Of a DNA stretch of 64,000 nt, positions 1 through 14,582 are shown piece after piece. The translations under genes were made by a program, and so were the position numbers. The stretch spans positions 16,432,001 through 16,496,000 of the forward strand of contig NC_058383.1 of NCBI RefSeq assembly GCF_018350175.1, given 5' to 3'. The notes under the pieces are model-generated. The model was not told the DNA's origin and ran no database searches. It saw nothing but the letters and a program-made list of their open reading frames with translations. Within the stretch, counting starts at the first letter, position 1. Every line of letters starts with the position of its first letter. This DNA comes from Felis catus. Its lineage: Eukaryota.

Positions 1-1069
1 CCTGCTGTCCCCTATACTGTTTTCAAGCCCAGTGATTAATTTTATGACTATTATTCTAAATTCACTTTCTGTTATATTGTTTAAATCGTTTTTGATCAGT
101 TCGTTAGCTGTTGTTATTTCCTGGACGTTTTTCTGAGGGGAATTCTTCCGTTTCGTCATTTTGGATAGTCCCTGGAGTGGTGCAGGACTGCGGGGCACTT
201 CCCCTGTGCTGTCTTGAATAACCTGCGTTGGTGGGTGGGGCCTCAGTCAGACCTGATGTCTGCCCCCAGCCCACCGCTGGGACCACAGTCAGACTTGTGT
301 ACCTTCTCTTCCCCTCTCCTAAGAATGGAATTCACTGTGGGGTGGCGTGACCCGTCTGGGCTACTTGCATACTGCCAAGCTTGAGGTGCTGGGGATCTGG
401 TGTATTAGCTGGGGTGGATGGGCAAGGTGCACAGGGGCAGGAGGGGCAGGCTCAGCTCACTTATCCTTCAGTGATCCACTTCAGGAGGGGCCCTGCAGCA
501 CCAGGAGGGAGTCAGACCTGCCGCCGGAGGGATGGATCCACAGAAGCACAGCGATGGGTGTTTACGTGGTGCAAGCAAGTTCCCTGCAGGAACTGGTTCC
601 CTTTGGGATTTTGGCTGGGGGATGGGCGAGGGAGATGGCGCTGGTGAGCGCCTTTGTTCCCCGCCAAACTGAGCTCTGTTGTCTCGGTGCTCAACAACTC
701 TCCTTCCCGTTGTCCTCCAGCCATCCCGCTCTCCGAGCAGAGTTGTTAGCTTATAACCTTCCAGATGTTAAGTCCCACTTGCTGCCCGAACACACTCCAT
801 CTGACCCCTCCGCTTTTGCCAGCCAGACTCAGGGCCTCTGCTTGGCCAGCAGGCTGCCCCTCTGCCCCAGCTCCCTCCTGCCAGTCCGTGTAGCACGCAC
901 CACCTCTCCGCCCTTCCTACCCTCTTCCATGGGCCTCTCGTCTACGCTTGGCTCCAGAGAATCCATTCTTCTGGTGATTTTCTGGGTTATTTAGGCAAGT
1001 GTGGGTGGAATCTATGTGATCAGCAGGACACAGTGAGCCCAGCGTCCTATGCCGCCATCTTTCTCCCCC
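1..1069 (-). mobile_element. LINE-1 5' end: about 0.9 kb 5'UTR plus start of ORF1; continues beyond the left edge
   Basis: Minus strand begins GGGGGAGAAAGATGGCGGC (YY1-type L1 start). ORF1 ATG at 159 reads MTKRKNSPQKNVQEITTANELIKNDLNNITESEFRIIVIKLITGLENSIGDSR, open to the window edge. Confidence 0.9.
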
Positions 1070-1070
1070 A

Positions 1071-1211
1071 GCCAAATTAATTCAAAATTGATAAAAGACC
1101 TAAATGTGAGAGTTAAAATTATAAAACTCTTAGAAGAAACAATAGGAGTACAACCTCATGATGTGTTCCTGGAAATGATTTCTTGTATTTGACGTCAAAA
1201 GCACAGGCAAC
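1071..1211 (+). mobile_element. Older L1 ORF2 fragment
   Basis: Similar to the ORF2 '[19 protein letters not shown]' region; diverged. Confidence 0.7.
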
Positions 1212-1212
1212 A

Positions 1213-4200
1213 GAGAGGAGTTAAGATGTTAGAGAAGTAGGGTACCCTGGGCTTTCCTGTCCTTCAAACACAGCTGTATTGAGGTCATATCACTTGGAAC
1301 ACTTAGAAAATCAATCTGTGTACTGGCCAAAGGATCTCCATGGTTGAGGGGAGACAGTGTGGCAGGTGTGAGGTGCATGGAAGAGAACTGGGGGTGAGAA
1401 AAACAGCAGTGCCATGGAGGGCAGGGAACGTTTCTGTGGAGACACAAAAGGGAGAGAAAGAAAGAAGGGTTGAAAGAGTGAGGCATTGGGTTCATACAAG
1501 ATGAAAACCTCTGTAGACCACAGACTGAGGAGAGAGAAGTACTGAGTATTGCAGGGTTTTTTGCAAACAGCACTTGGAGCTCAAACTCTGAGGTTTTGGA
1601 AGTGTGTGACATTCTCCAGAGCAGAGCTACTAGGGAGAAGGAGGGAGCTGGTTCTTGAGTGCATAGTGTGGTGTAGGGATCTCTGGGGGCACACTGGGAG
1701 AGAACATTCCCCATTCCTGGAATACTTTCAGAAGATGGTATATTGCCTTTCCAAGGACAAAAGATCCTGTAGGCTCCAGCAAAAGGCCTTTTACTGGCAG
1801 ATGACAGAGACGGGCTCAGAAGGCATATAACCTTATTGCTGCTTTTACCAGTGCACCAGTATAGATTCTGCACACAGGCCAGACATGGGGCTGTTTTTCT
1901 GGGCCAGAGGACATCAGACAGAGCATGGAGAGGCTCTACTCCAGAGGAAGGGGGAAGGTCTGTGTGGTTCTGGGTCCTTTAAAACTTCAAGTTTTGAATC
2001 CCACTTGTGTGCCAAAGGAAAAATGAAGAAGATCTGTGGCCCAGGGTGAGCTGACTGCTCTTGTATTCTGTGAGAACTGCGTGAACAGTGGGGTGTGTGA
2101 GATCCCCTGGAGAGATTGGGACAGTGCCATTTTCCCCCAACACAAACATGGTGGGGCTTCATAGAGCAACACAGTGTCCCCCAATGGAGGAGGAACCCAC
2201 TTAAACCAAGCATGCCCCACTGTGCCTGACAACTGATTATTTACTGGCACAGGGTTGACACTGAGAGTGTGAAGTGGGCCTCTTCTCCAGAAGACCAGTA
2301 CAGGCAGGACCCCACATGCACCAAGTGTACTGAAACAGAGTGCTTCAAAATGACACCTGTAGTTCTGGTGGAAAGAGGACCAGGCTTACTTTATTTCTTT
2401 TTTCTTTTCTGTTCTCTTCTCTTTTCTTTTTCTTTCCTCTTTTCTTTGTTCTTTTTTTTCTTTGCAGCCATGTTCATAGTATTTTTTTAATTTCATTTTC
2501 TGTTTTTTTAAATCAGTCTTTGTTCTTTTTTTCACCATTTTTTTCTTTTTTTATCTTTCTTTGGAATCAGCCTTAAGTTTCTGATTGTCTGGTTTTTTTT
2601 CATTTCTTTTCCTTTTTTCCCTTTTTTTGTGGGGGGTAGTCAGGCTTTTCTTCCCTTCCCCTCCCTTCCCTTCCCTCCTCCCCTCCTCCTTCCCCTCCAC
2701 TCCTTGCTCTGCTCTTCTCTTCTTTAGGCTTATTTTAACAAACAAATCAAAACACACTGAGTTAAATGTTCAAACACTCCACCACTGCAAGCAAGAGGAG
2801 CTCTTAAAGTGCTGACCAGTGGGAAACAGCAGCCAAAATGCAATAGCGGAGTGCACACAGAATACACTGGAAACACTTCCTGAAGTGCCAGGCCCTGGAT
2901 ACAGTATGATCACTTTTAAATATAGCAGTACTCTCAGGTGCAGGAAACAAAACATGCTTTCATAACACATAAAAGACAGAAACTTAGAAAAAAATGACAA
3001 GATGAAAGAATTCTCCCTAAAAGACAGGTGAAGAAGAAATCATAGCAGGGACTTGCTCAAAACAGATATAAGCAATATATCTGAACAATAATTTGGAGCA
3101 ACAGTTATATGATTACCATCTGGGCTTGAAAAAAGCATAGAAGACACCAGAGAAACTATTGCTGCAGCGAGATCATAAAACCTAAAAACTGGTCAGGCTG
3201 AGATAAAAAAAAATGCTATAAATGAAATGCAAAACCGATTGGACACAGTCACAGTAAGGATTGAAGAAGCAGAGGAAATAGGTGAAATAAAAGATAAAAT
3301 TATGGAAAATAATGAAGCTGAAAAGAAGAGAAGAAAATTATTAGATCACAAGGGGAGACTCAGAAAACTTAGTGATTAAAATGAAACATCTATATCATAA
3401 GAGTCTCAGAAGAAGAGTGGGAGAAAGGGGCAGAAGGTTTATTTGACAAATTATAGCTGAGAAATTCCCTAATCTGGGGAAGAAAACAGGCATTCAAGTC
3501 CAAGAGGCACAAAGAACTCCCTTCCAAATCAATAAAAACAGGTCAACAGCACAACATATCATGGTGGAAGTTGCAAAATACAAATATAAAGAGAATTCTG
3601 AAAGCAGCTAGAGACAAATGTCCTTAACCTCAAAGGTAGACACATGAGGTTAGCAGCAGACCTGTCCACTGAAACTGGGAAGGCCAGAAGGGTGTGGCAT
3701 GAAATAATCAATGTGTTGAGTGGGAAAAATATGTAGTGAAGAATTCTTTATCCAAAAAGTTTGTCGTTCAGAATAGAAGGAGAGATAAAGAGCTTCCCAG
3801 ACAAACAAAAACTAAAGGAGTTGGTGACCACTACATCAGCTCTGCAAGAAATTTTAAGGGATACTCTTTGAGTGGAAAAAAAAACAAGACCAACATAAGA
3901 GACTACAAAGGACCAGAGAACATCACCAGAAACACCAACTCTACAGGTAACTCAATGGCACTAAATTGATGTCTTTCAATAATCACTCTGAATGTAAATG
4001 GACTAATTCTCCAATCAAAAACATAGGGTATCATAATGAATAAAAAACAAGATCCATCTATATTCTGCCTACATAAGACTTATTTTAGACCAAAAGACAC
4101 CTGCAGATTGAAAGTAGGGGGTGGAGAATCATCTATCATGCTAATGGATGTCAAAGAAAGCCAGATTAGCTATATTTATATCAGACAAACTAGATTTTAA

Positions 4201-6025
4201 AACAAAGATTATAACAAGAGATGAAGAGGGACATTATATCATAATTAAAGAGCTTATCCATCAAGAATATCTAAGAATTGTAAATATTTAGCCCCCAACA
4301 TGAAAACTCCCCAATGTATAAATCAATTAATTACAAACATAAATAAACTAATTGATAATAATAATAGTAGGGGACTTTAATATCCCACTTACAACAGTGG
4401 ACAGATTATCTAAGCAGAAAATCAACAAGGAAACAGTGGCTTTGAGTGACACACTGGACCAGATACACTTAACAGATATATTCAGAACATTTCACCCTAA
4501 AGCATCAGAATACGCAATCTTCTCTTGCTCACATGGAACATTTTCCAGACTAGATCACATACTGGGTCACAAATCATCCCTCAACAGATACAAAAAGAAG
4601 ATCACACCATTCATATTTTCAGACCACTATGAAACTTGAAATCAATGATAGGAACAAATTTGGAAAGCTGTCAAATACATGGAGGTTAAAGAACATCCTA
4701 CTAAAGAACTAATCGGTTAACCCAGAAGTTTAAAAAAATGAAAAAATACATGGACGCAAATGAAAATGAAAATACAACAGTACAAACCATTTGGGATGAG
4801 GCAGAGGCATTCTTATGAGGAAAGTATATTGCAATTCAGGCCTATATCAAGAAGCAAGAAAGGTCCCTAATACACAACTTACCCTTACACCTAAAGGACC
4901 TAGAAAAGGGACAGCAAATAAATCCAGCAGAAGAAGGGAAATAATAAAGACTAAAGCAGATATAAATTATATAGAAACAAACAAACAAACAAAACAACCA
5001 GTAGAACAGATGAACAAAACTTAGAGCTGGTTCTTTGAAAGTATTAACAAAATTGATAAACCTCTACCCAGACTTATCAAAAAGAAAAGAGAAAAGATCC
5101 AAATAGATACAATCATGAATGAAAGAGAAGAGATCACAATCAACACCACAGAAATACAAACAATTAGAATACTATGAAAAATTATATGCCAACAAATTGA
5201 GCACTCTGGAAAAAAATGGACAAATTCCCAGAAACTCATATAGTAGCAGAACTGAAACAAGAAAAAATAGAAAATTTGAACAAACTCATAACTGGCAAAG
5301 AAATTGAATCAGTAATCAAATGTCTCCCAACAAACAAGAGTCTTGTGCCAGATGGCTTCCCAGGGGAATTCTACTAGACATTTAAAGAAGAGGTAATGCC
5401 TATTTTTCTCAAACTGTTCCAAAAAATAGAAATGGAACAAAAATAGAAATGGAAGGAAAGCTTCCAAACTCATTCTATGAAGCCATCATTACCTTAATCC
5501 TAAAACCAGTCGAAGACCCACTAAAAAGGAAAATTACAGGTCAATATCCCTGATGAAACTGGATACAGAAATTCTCAATAAGATACCAGCAAATCAAATT
5601 CAACAGTACATTAAAAGAAATATTCACCATGATCAAGTGGAATTTATTCCTGGGCTGCAGGGCTGGTTCAATATTTGCATGCAGAAGAATGAAACAGGAT
5701 CACTTTCTTACACCATACACAAAAATAAATCTAAATGGATGAAAGACCTAAATGTGAGACAGGAAACCATTAAAATCCTATAGGAGAACACAGGTAGCAA
5801 CCTTTTTACCTTGGCCAGAGCAACCCCATACTACAGATGTGGCTGAAGGCAAAGGAAACAAAACTAAACACCAACTATTGGGACTTCATCAAGATCAGCT
5901 TCGGAATACTGAAGGAATCAATCAACAAAACTAAAAAGCCGCTTACAGAAAGGGAGAAGATATTTTCAAGTGACATATCTGATAAAGAGTTAGTGTCCAA
6001 AATCTATAAAGAACTTATCAGACTC
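1213..6025 (+). mobile_element. Carnivore L1 (host, left part): 5'UTR, degenerate ORF1 (~2994-3900) and ORF2 from ~3954, with an internal RT deletion
   Basis: Endonuclease fragments (IIIVGDFNIPLT..DHILGHK) with many stops and frameshifts. Interrupted at 6025 by a nested L1. Confidence 0.92.
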
Positions 6026-9000
6026 GGAGATGGGGGCCAACATGGAGGAGAAGTAGGGGGAATCCATACTTCCTGCATCTCTCAAAAGAGAAGTGTAGAA
6101 GCCAAAGGACTTTGAACACCAGAGCATAGGAGGAAAAGACACTGAATGTACTAGGAAGAAAATGGGAAAGCTGGAAAAAAGGTGGGTAACTGTGAACTGG
6201 GGGAGATAAAAAAAAAACCTGCATGTGCACGGAGAGGAGGGACCCCCCCTTCTGTGGAGAAACAAAGGGAAGAGAAAGAGCAGCTAGGGAAGTGCAGACT
6301 GTATCTGGACAGGAGAAAGACCTCTGACTGAGACTGAGAGGGATCTTATCTCTAACCATGGGGCTTTCTTCAGACTGGGCCTGGCTCCCTGTTTGTGCAT
6401 CTGGGGAGGAGGGGAGCCAGCCCTGGGTGCGGTGGTAGGTCAGAGGCTCAGTCCACAGCTGGAGAAAGTGGTTCCCTGGAGAGCTGTGTGATAGTATGGA
6501 ATCTGCCTGTGTCTGCCACCTCTGGGTGGAGTGGCTGGGCCAAAGGCACAGTCTGAAGGAGGATAAGGCCGCTGTTTCCCTGGAGTGCTGGGAAAAGACA
6601 AAGCCAACCTGCTTCTGCCACCCTGGGGATCATGGCGAGGGCAATGGCTCAATCTGCAGTAGGAGAAGGTGGACCTCCCTGAAGTGCTGTGGCACAGAAA
6701 AAGCCAGCCGGTACCACATATCGCCACACTGAGAGGGGCTTCCCCAGTGCCAGAGCGCACGGAGTGGGACTTTGAATCCTAGCCAAGCACAGGGTCAGGG
6801 GAGTTGGTGGAGAAAGACTGTCCCATCTGCACCCACGGCACAGTGAGGGTGATTCAAATTGAGCCCACCTGTCTGGCTCCATGGAGAAGAGACTGGGGGA
6901 TCACCACCCCCCCCCCACTACCACCACCAAGGAAGGAGCTTCAGGGATCACTTCCAGGGCCCATAGTGGAGGTGGGTTCAGATTACGCCAAACCATGCCC
7001 CCTTGCACTGGGTAACTGCCTACCCACTGGAGCGGCACAGAACCTGCGGATAGCTACTACCTACAAGTGCTGCAGAATTTCCTGGATTAACCCTAGGTCA
7101 ATTCTAGATATATAGATATATTCTGTCCCCCCCATTTCTCCTCATCTCTTCCCTCCCCTAGGCTGGTTACTCTGGTTATTGGTCTGTCTAAACTGACATA
7201 TTTAATCCATTGTCTTTATACATGTTCTACACCTCCTTCTTTACACTCCTTTCTCTCTCTCAAATAATCAAGCAATATAGTTTCTCTGTCTGGGTAAGTT
7301 TATCTTCGTTTTGTTTTCCCCACCTCCTTCCTTATTTTCCTTTCTCTCTCTCTGGATTACGGCTTTTAGTCTCTCTGCCTAATCAATGGTTATTTTTTCT
7401 TCCCTGTGCCCTGCTCCTGTCATTTCTCTCTTTGTATATGCTCTTTCATTAGCACCACCTCCACCTTCTTCTTTACTTGTAGCCGGTGTTTTTGGGATTT
7501 TTGTTTTTAGTCTTTAGGTTTTTGTTTTTGATTGTTTGTATTATTTGTTTGTGTGTTTGTGTGTTTTTGTCTCCTGTTTGTTTTGCTTTACAGGGCTACT
7601 CCAAGGAACAAATTAAAGCACATCTGGTGGAGGGTCCAAATTATCACGAGTAGGGTAATAAAATAACCAAAGTCACAAAAACAGAGAGCAAGTAACACTC
7701 TCCAAAAAAAAAACAAAAAACAAAACACCTCCTGAGGGGCCAGGCCCTGGATGTATGGCTCCCCCTTTAATGTAGCAGTGCTCGCAGGTGCAGAGAACAC
7801 AACAAGCTTTTAAAATGCTTAAGGGACAGAAAACTAGCCAAAATGATGAAACGGAAGAATTCTTCTTAAAAGAAATTCCAGGAAGTAGCGACAGCTAACG
7901 AATTGACCAAAACCAATTTAAGCATTAAAAGGCACCAGGATTTAGAATAACAGTCATAAAATCAATCGCTGGGCTTAAAAAAAGCATAGAGGACAGCAGA
8001 GAATCTATTGCTACAGAGATCAAGGGACTAAAATAGTCATGATGAATTAAAAATGCTATAAATGAGGTGCAAAATAAAATGGAGGTGGTCACAGCACGGA
8101 TTGAAGAGGCAGAGGGGAGAATGGGTGATTCAGAAGATAAAATTATGGAAAAAGAGGAGCTGAGAAAAGAGAGATAAAAAAAATCCAGGAGATGAGCAGA
8201 GAACTAGAGAACCAGGTGATGCCATCATATGGAACAATATCCATATCATAGGATTTTCAGCAGAAGAAAGGGGCTGAAGGTATACTTTAACAAATCATAG
8301 CTGAGAACTTCCCTAATCTGGGGAAGGAAAAAAGCATTGAAATCCAAGAGGCACAGAGAACTCCCTTCAGATGTAACTTGAATAGATCTTCTGCACCACA
8401 TATCATAGTGAAACTGGCAAAATACAAGGATAAAGAGAGAATTCTGAAAGCAGCTAGGGATAAATGGGCCTTAACATACAAAGGTAGACACATAAGGGTA
8501 GTGGCAGACGTATCTACTGAAACTTAGCAGGCCAGAAAGGAATGTCAGGAAATCTTCAATGTGATGAACAGAAAAAAAATGCAGCCGAGAATCCTTTATC
8601 CAGGAAGTCAGTCATTCAAAATAGAGAGATAAAGGTCTTCCCAAACAAAAAGTGAAGGAATTCATCACTACTAAACCAGCCCTACAAGAGATCTTAAAGG
8701 GATGCTGTGAGTGAAATGTTTCAAGGACCACAAAGTACCAGAGACACCACTACAAGCATGAAACCTGCAGATATCACAATAACTCTAAACACAAATCTTT
8801 CAATAATAACACTGAATGTAAATGGACTAAATGCTCTAACCAAAAGACATAGGGTATCAGAATGGATAAAAGAACAAGACCCATCTCTTTTCTGTCTACG
8901 AGAGACTCATTTTAGACTTGAGGACACCTTCAGATTGAAAGTGAGGGGATGGAGAACTACCTATCATGTTACTGGAAGTCAAAAGAAAGCTGGAGTAGCC

Positions 9001-12000
9001 ATACTTATATCAGACAAACTAGACTTTAAATTAAAGGCTGTAACAAGAGATGAAGGACATTATATAATAATTGCAAGGTCTATCCATTAGGAAGAGCTAA
9101 CAATTATAAATGTCTAGGCACCGAATTCGATAGCACCAAAATACATAAAACAAATAATCACGAACATAAGCAACCTTATTGATAAGAATGTGGTAATTTC
9201 AGGAAACTTTAATACTCCACCTACAGAGAAGGATAGAACATCTAGATAGAGAATAAAGAAACAAGGGCACTGAATGATACATTGGATCAGATGGACTTGA
9301 CGGATATATTTAGAACTCTGCATCCCAAAGCAACAGAATATACTTTCTTCTTGAGTGCACATGGAACATTCTCCAAGATCGATCAGATACTGAGTCACAA
9401 AACAGACCTCAATAAATATAAAAGAATTGAGGTGATACCTTGCACACTTTCCGATCACAATGCTATGAAACTTGAAATCTACCACAGGAAAAAGTCTGGA
9501 AAATCTCCAAAAGCATGGAGGTTAAAGAACATCCTACTAAACAATGAATGGTTCAACCAGATTAGAGAAGAAATTAAAAAATATATGGAAACAAATGAAA
9601 ATGAATATAAAACAATCCAAATGCTTTGGGGTTAGCAAAGGCAGTCCTGAGAGAAAAATACATTGCAATTCAGGCCTATCTCAAGAAACAAGAAAAATCC
9701 CAAATACAAAATCTAACAGCACACCTAAAGGAAATAGAAGCAGAACAGCAAAGTCACCCCAAACCCAGCAGAAGAAGAGACATAATAAAGATCAGAGCAG
9801 AAATAAACAATATAGAATCTAAAAAAACAGTAGAGCAGATCAATGAAACCAATAGTTCTTTTTTTGAAAAAATAAACAAAATTGACAAACCTCTAGCCAG
9901 GCTTCTCAAAAAGAAAACAGAGAGGACCCAGATAGATGAAATCATGAATGAAAATGGAATTATTGCAACCAATCCCTCAGAAATACAAGCAATCATCAGA
10001 GAATACTATGAAAAATTGTATGCCAACAAACTGGACAACCTGGAAGAAATGGACAAATTCCTAAGCACCCACACACTTCCAAAACTCAAAAAGGAAGAAA
10101 TAGAAAACTTGAACAGACCCATAACTGGTGAAGAAATTGAATCAGTTATCAAAAATCTCCCAACAAATAAGGGTCCAGGACCAGATGGCTTCCCAGGGGA
10201 ATTCTACCAGACATTTAAATTTTTTTTTCAACGTTTATTTATTTTTGGGACAGAGAGAGCCAGAGCATAAACGGGGGAGGGGCAGAGAGAGAGGGAGACA
10301 CAGAATCGGAAACAGGCTCCAGGCTCCGAGCCATCAGCCCAGAGCCCGACGCGGGGCTCGAACTCACGGACCGCGAGATCGTGACCTGGCTGAAGTCGGA
10401 CGCTTAACCGACTGCGCCACCCAGGCGCCCCGTCTACCAGACATTTAAAGCAGAGATAATACCTATCCTTCTCAAGCTGTTCCAAAAAATAGAAAGGGAA
10501 GGAAACTTCCAGACTCATTCTATGAAGCCAGCATTACATTGATTCCCAAACCAGACAGAGTCCCAGCAAAAAAAGAGAACTACAGACCACTATCCCTGAT
10601 TAATATGGATGCAAAAATTCTAAACAGGATACTAGCAAATCGCATTCAACAGCATATAAAAGAATTATTCACCATGATCAAGTGGATTCATTTCTGGACT
10701 GCAGGGTGGTTCAATATTCAAACACAATCAATGTGATACATCACATTATTAAAAGAAAAGATAAGAGCCATATGATCCTGTCAATCGATGCAGAAAAAGC
10801 ATTTGACAAAATTCAGCATCCTTTCTTAATAAAAACCCTCGAGAAAGTCAGGATAGAAGGAACATACTTAAACATCATAAAAGCCATTTGTCAAAAGCTC
10901 ATAGCTAATATCCTCAGTGACGAAAAACTGAGAGCTTTCCCCCTGAGGTCAGGAACACGACAGGGATGCCCACTCTGACCACTGTTGTTTAACATAGTGT
11001 TGGAAGTTCTAGCATCAGCAATCAGACAACAAAAGGAAATCAAAGGCATCAAAATTGGCAAAGATGAAGTCAAGCTTTCACTTTTTGCAGACGACATGAT
11101 ATTATACATGGAAAACCCAATAGACTCCACCAAAAGTCTGCTAGAACTGATACATGGGTTCAGCAAAATGGCAGGATACAAAATTAATATACAGAAATCA
11201 GTTGAATTCTTGTACACTAACAATGAAGCAACAGAAAGACAAATAAAGAAACTGATCCCATTCACAATTGCACCAAGAAGCATAAAATACCTAGGAATAA
11301 ACCTAACCAAAGATGTAAAAGATCTGTATGCTGAAAACTATAGAAAGCTTATGAAGGAAATTGAAGAAGACATAAAGAAATGGAAAAACATTCTGTGCTC
11401 TTGGATTGGAAGAATAAATATTGTTAAAATGTCGATATGACCCAAAGCTATCTACACATTCAGTATAATTCCAATCAAAATTGCACCAGCATTCTTCTCG
11501 AAGCTAGAACAAGCAATCCTAAAATTTGTATGGAACCACAAAAGACCCCGAATAGCCAAAGTAATATTGAAGAAGAAGACCAAAGTGGGAGACATCACAA
11601 TCCTAGACTTTAGCTTCTACTACAAACTTTAATCATCAAGACAGCATCGTACTGGCACAAAAACAGACACATAGACCAATGGAATAGAATAGAGACTCCA
11701 GAATTGGACCCACAAAAGTATGGCCAACTAATCTTTGACAAAGCAGGAAAGAATATCCAATGGAAAAAAGACAGTCTCTTTAACAAATGGTGCTGGGAGA
11801 ACTGGACAGCAACATGCAGAATAATGAAACTAGACCACTTTCTTACACCTTTCACAAAGATAACCTCAAAATGGATGAAGGACATGAATGTGAGACAGGA
11901 AACCATCAGAACCCTAGAGGAGAAATCAGGAAAAAAACCTCTGTGACCTCAGCCCCATCAATTTGTTAACTTGACACATCCCCAAAGTCAAGGGAATTAA

Positions 12001-13035
12001 AAGCAAAAATGAACTATTGGGACCTCATCAAGATAAAAAGCTTCTGCACTGCAAAGGAAACAATCAACAAAACTAAATGGCAACCAACGGAATGGGAAAA
12101 GATATTTGCAAATGACATATCAGAGAAAGGGCTAATATCCAAAATCTATAAAGAACTCACCAAACTCCACACCCAAAAAACAAATAATCCAGTGAAGAAA
12201 TGGGCAGAACACATGAATAGACACTTTTCTAAAAAAGACATCCAGATGGCCAAGAGGCACATCAAAAGATGCTCAACGTCACTCCTCATCAGGGAAATAC
12301 AAATCAAAATCACACTGAGAAACCACCTCATGCCGGTCAGAGTGGCTAAAATGAACAAATCAGGAGACTATAGATTCTGCAGAGGATGTGGAGAAACGGG
12401 AACCCTCTTGCACTGTTGGTGGGAATGCAAACTGGTGCAGCCATTCTGGAAAACAGTGTGGAGGTTCCTCAAAAAATTAAAAATGGACCTACCCTATGAC
12501 CCAGCAATAGCACTGCTAGGAATTTACCCAAGGGATACAGGAGTACTGATGCATAGGGTCACTTGTACCCCAATGTTTATAGCAGCACTTTCAACAGTAG
12601 CCAAATTATGGAAAGAGCCTAAATGTCCATCGACTGACAAATGGATAAAGAGGATGTGGTTTACATATTCAACGGAATACTAGTAGGCAATGAGAAAGAA
12701 TGAAATCTGGCCATTTATGGCAACGTGGATGGAACTGGAGAGTGTTATGCTAAGTGAAATAAGTCAGGCAGAGAAAGAGAGATACCACGTGTTTTCACAC
12801 TTATGTGGATTCTGAGAAACTCAACAGAAGACTGGGGGGTAGGGAAGAGAAAAAAAAGTTACAGAGAGGGAAGGAGGCAAACCATAAGAGACTCTTAAAA
12901 AATGAGAACAAACTGAGGGTTGATCGTGGGTGGGAGGGAGGGGAAAGTGGGTGATGGGTATTTAGGAGGGCACCTGTTGGGATGAGCACTGGGTGTTGTA
13001 TGGAAACCAATTTGGCATAAATTTCATAAAAAAAA
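6026..13035 (+). mobile_element. Full-length (~7 kb) felid L1 nested in the host L1; both ORFs disrupted
   Basis: TSD acttatcagactc at 6013-6025 and 13037-13049. 5'UTR, ORF1 from ~7843, ORF2 with EN, RT (LFADDMILY) and C-terminal domains, G-rich 3'UTR and A tail. Confidence 0.95.
10217..10431 (-). mobile_element. Very young felid Can-SINE inside L1 ORF2
   Basis: TSD tctaccagacattt at 10203-10216 and 10433-10446. CpGs intact; tRNA-like head, (CT)n and A tail. Confidence 0.97.
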
Positions 13036-13049
13036 GACTTATCAGACTC

Positions 13050-13962
13050 AACCCCCCAAAAGCAAACAACCCATTAAGAAATGGGCAGAAAATATGAATA
13101 CTTTTCCAAAGAAGATATCCAGATGGCTAACAGACACATGAAAAGATGCTCAACATCACTCATCATCAGGGAAATACAAATCAAAACCACAATAAGATAA
13201 CATTTCACACCTGTCAGAATGGCTAAAATTAATAACTCAGGAAGCAACAGGTATTGATGTGGATGCACAGAAAAGGGAACCCTCTTACACTGTTGGTGGG
13301 AATGCAGACTGGTGCAGTCACTCTGGAAAACAGTATTATGGAGGTTCCTCAAAAAGTTAAAAATAGAATTCCTCTACAATCCAGGAATTACACTACAAAG
13401 TATTTACCCAAAGAATCTGAAAATACTTATACAAAGGGATATATACACCCTAATGTTTATAGCAGCATTATCAACAATAGCCAAATTAGGGAAAGAGCCC
13501 AAATGTCCATCAACTGATGGATGGATAAAGAATATATGGTGTATATAAAAAATGGAATACTACTTAGCAATCAAAAAGAATGAAATCTTGCCATTTGCAA
13601 CAACGTGGATGGAACTAAAGTGTACTATGCTAAGTGAAATAAGTCAGGCAACAAAAGAAAAATATCATATGATTTTACTCATATGTAGAATTTAAGAAAC
13701 ACATCAGATGAACATAGGGGAAGGGAAGGAAAAATCAGATAAAATCAGAGAGGAAGGCAAACCATAAGAGACTCTTAAATATGAGAAGAGGAGTTGTTAG
13801 TTGGTAGAGGGGTGGTGCATGTGGGATGGGTTAAATTGGTGATGGGCATTAAGGACACTTGTTGGATAAGCACTGGGTGTTATATGTAAGTGATGAATCA
13901 CCGGGTTTACTCCTGAAACCAATACTACACTGTATGTTAACTAACTTGAATTAAAAAAAAAA
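13050..13962 (+). mobile_element. Host carnivore L1, right part: ORF2 C-terminus, 3'UTR and poly(A)
   Basis: Resumes the ORF2 sequence (KELIRL|N..KA) exactly after the TSD; ends gaattaaaaaaaaaa. Confidence 0.92.
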
Positions 13963-14130
13963 GTTCTCAGCACATGAAAAAAAATTCTACAACTATATAT
14001 GCGGTGACTGATGTTAACTAGATTTATTGTGTGATTATTTCACATTATATGCAAATATTGAATCATTATGGTGTACACCTGAAAGAAATATAATGTTGTA
14101 TATCAATTATACCTCAATTAAAAATTTTTA
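13963..14130 (+). mobile_element. Old L1M-type 3' end
   Basis: tgtacacctgaaa..atataatgttgtatatcaattatacctcaat is a typical old L1MA/MB terminus. Confidence 0.75.
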
Positions 14131-14164
14131 AAAATTAAAAAATATAAATATTTGTTAAATTAAA

Positions 14165-14582
14165 AAAACTGTTCTAATATAACAAAACCTTAAAAACTAG
14201 TGATGTTAGTTGGTTTTGCAACTGAATTTGACATGCCTTGACAAAAGGAGTTATTATATCTCATAATCACATAACTTGTTTTACTTTAAGACATCCATCA
14301 CACTTGTCTACATTATAAATGTTTATGGGTACTTGCCTTCTTTTTCTTTTTGTGTGAATGTGTGAAGTGACTAAAACACAAGTGACTATTTGGTGACACT
14401 GCCTTGATTAAAGTAGCAACAGTTTTATCCACCATTGCTTTTGAACCATCAGTGCAAATGTCAACACATTGGAAAAAGCAAATCACCTTCATATTATTCA
14501 TATTTATACTCATATTATGGGTTCCCTGTAAGAGGGTCAGTGATCCCCAGAGTCCCAGGGAACATGCTTTCAGAATATTTGC
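14165..14582. mobile_element. hAT-Charlie (Charlie1-like) DNA transposon relic
   Basis: Minus-strand frame reads CVDICTDGSKAMVDKTVATLIKAVSPN..CFSH, matching the hAT transposase TDG and CxxH region. The right end resembles the Charlie1a terminus. Confidence 0.72.

Noticed and set aside
10217..10431. tRNA genes
   Set aside because: The A/B-box-like heads belong to tRNA-derived Can-SINEs with (CT)n, A tails and TSDs.
6026..13035. Potentially active L1
   Set aside because: ORF1 and ORF2 have many stops and frameshifts plus a SINE insertion. The copies at 35040 and 52445 are likewise broken by stops and frameshifts.
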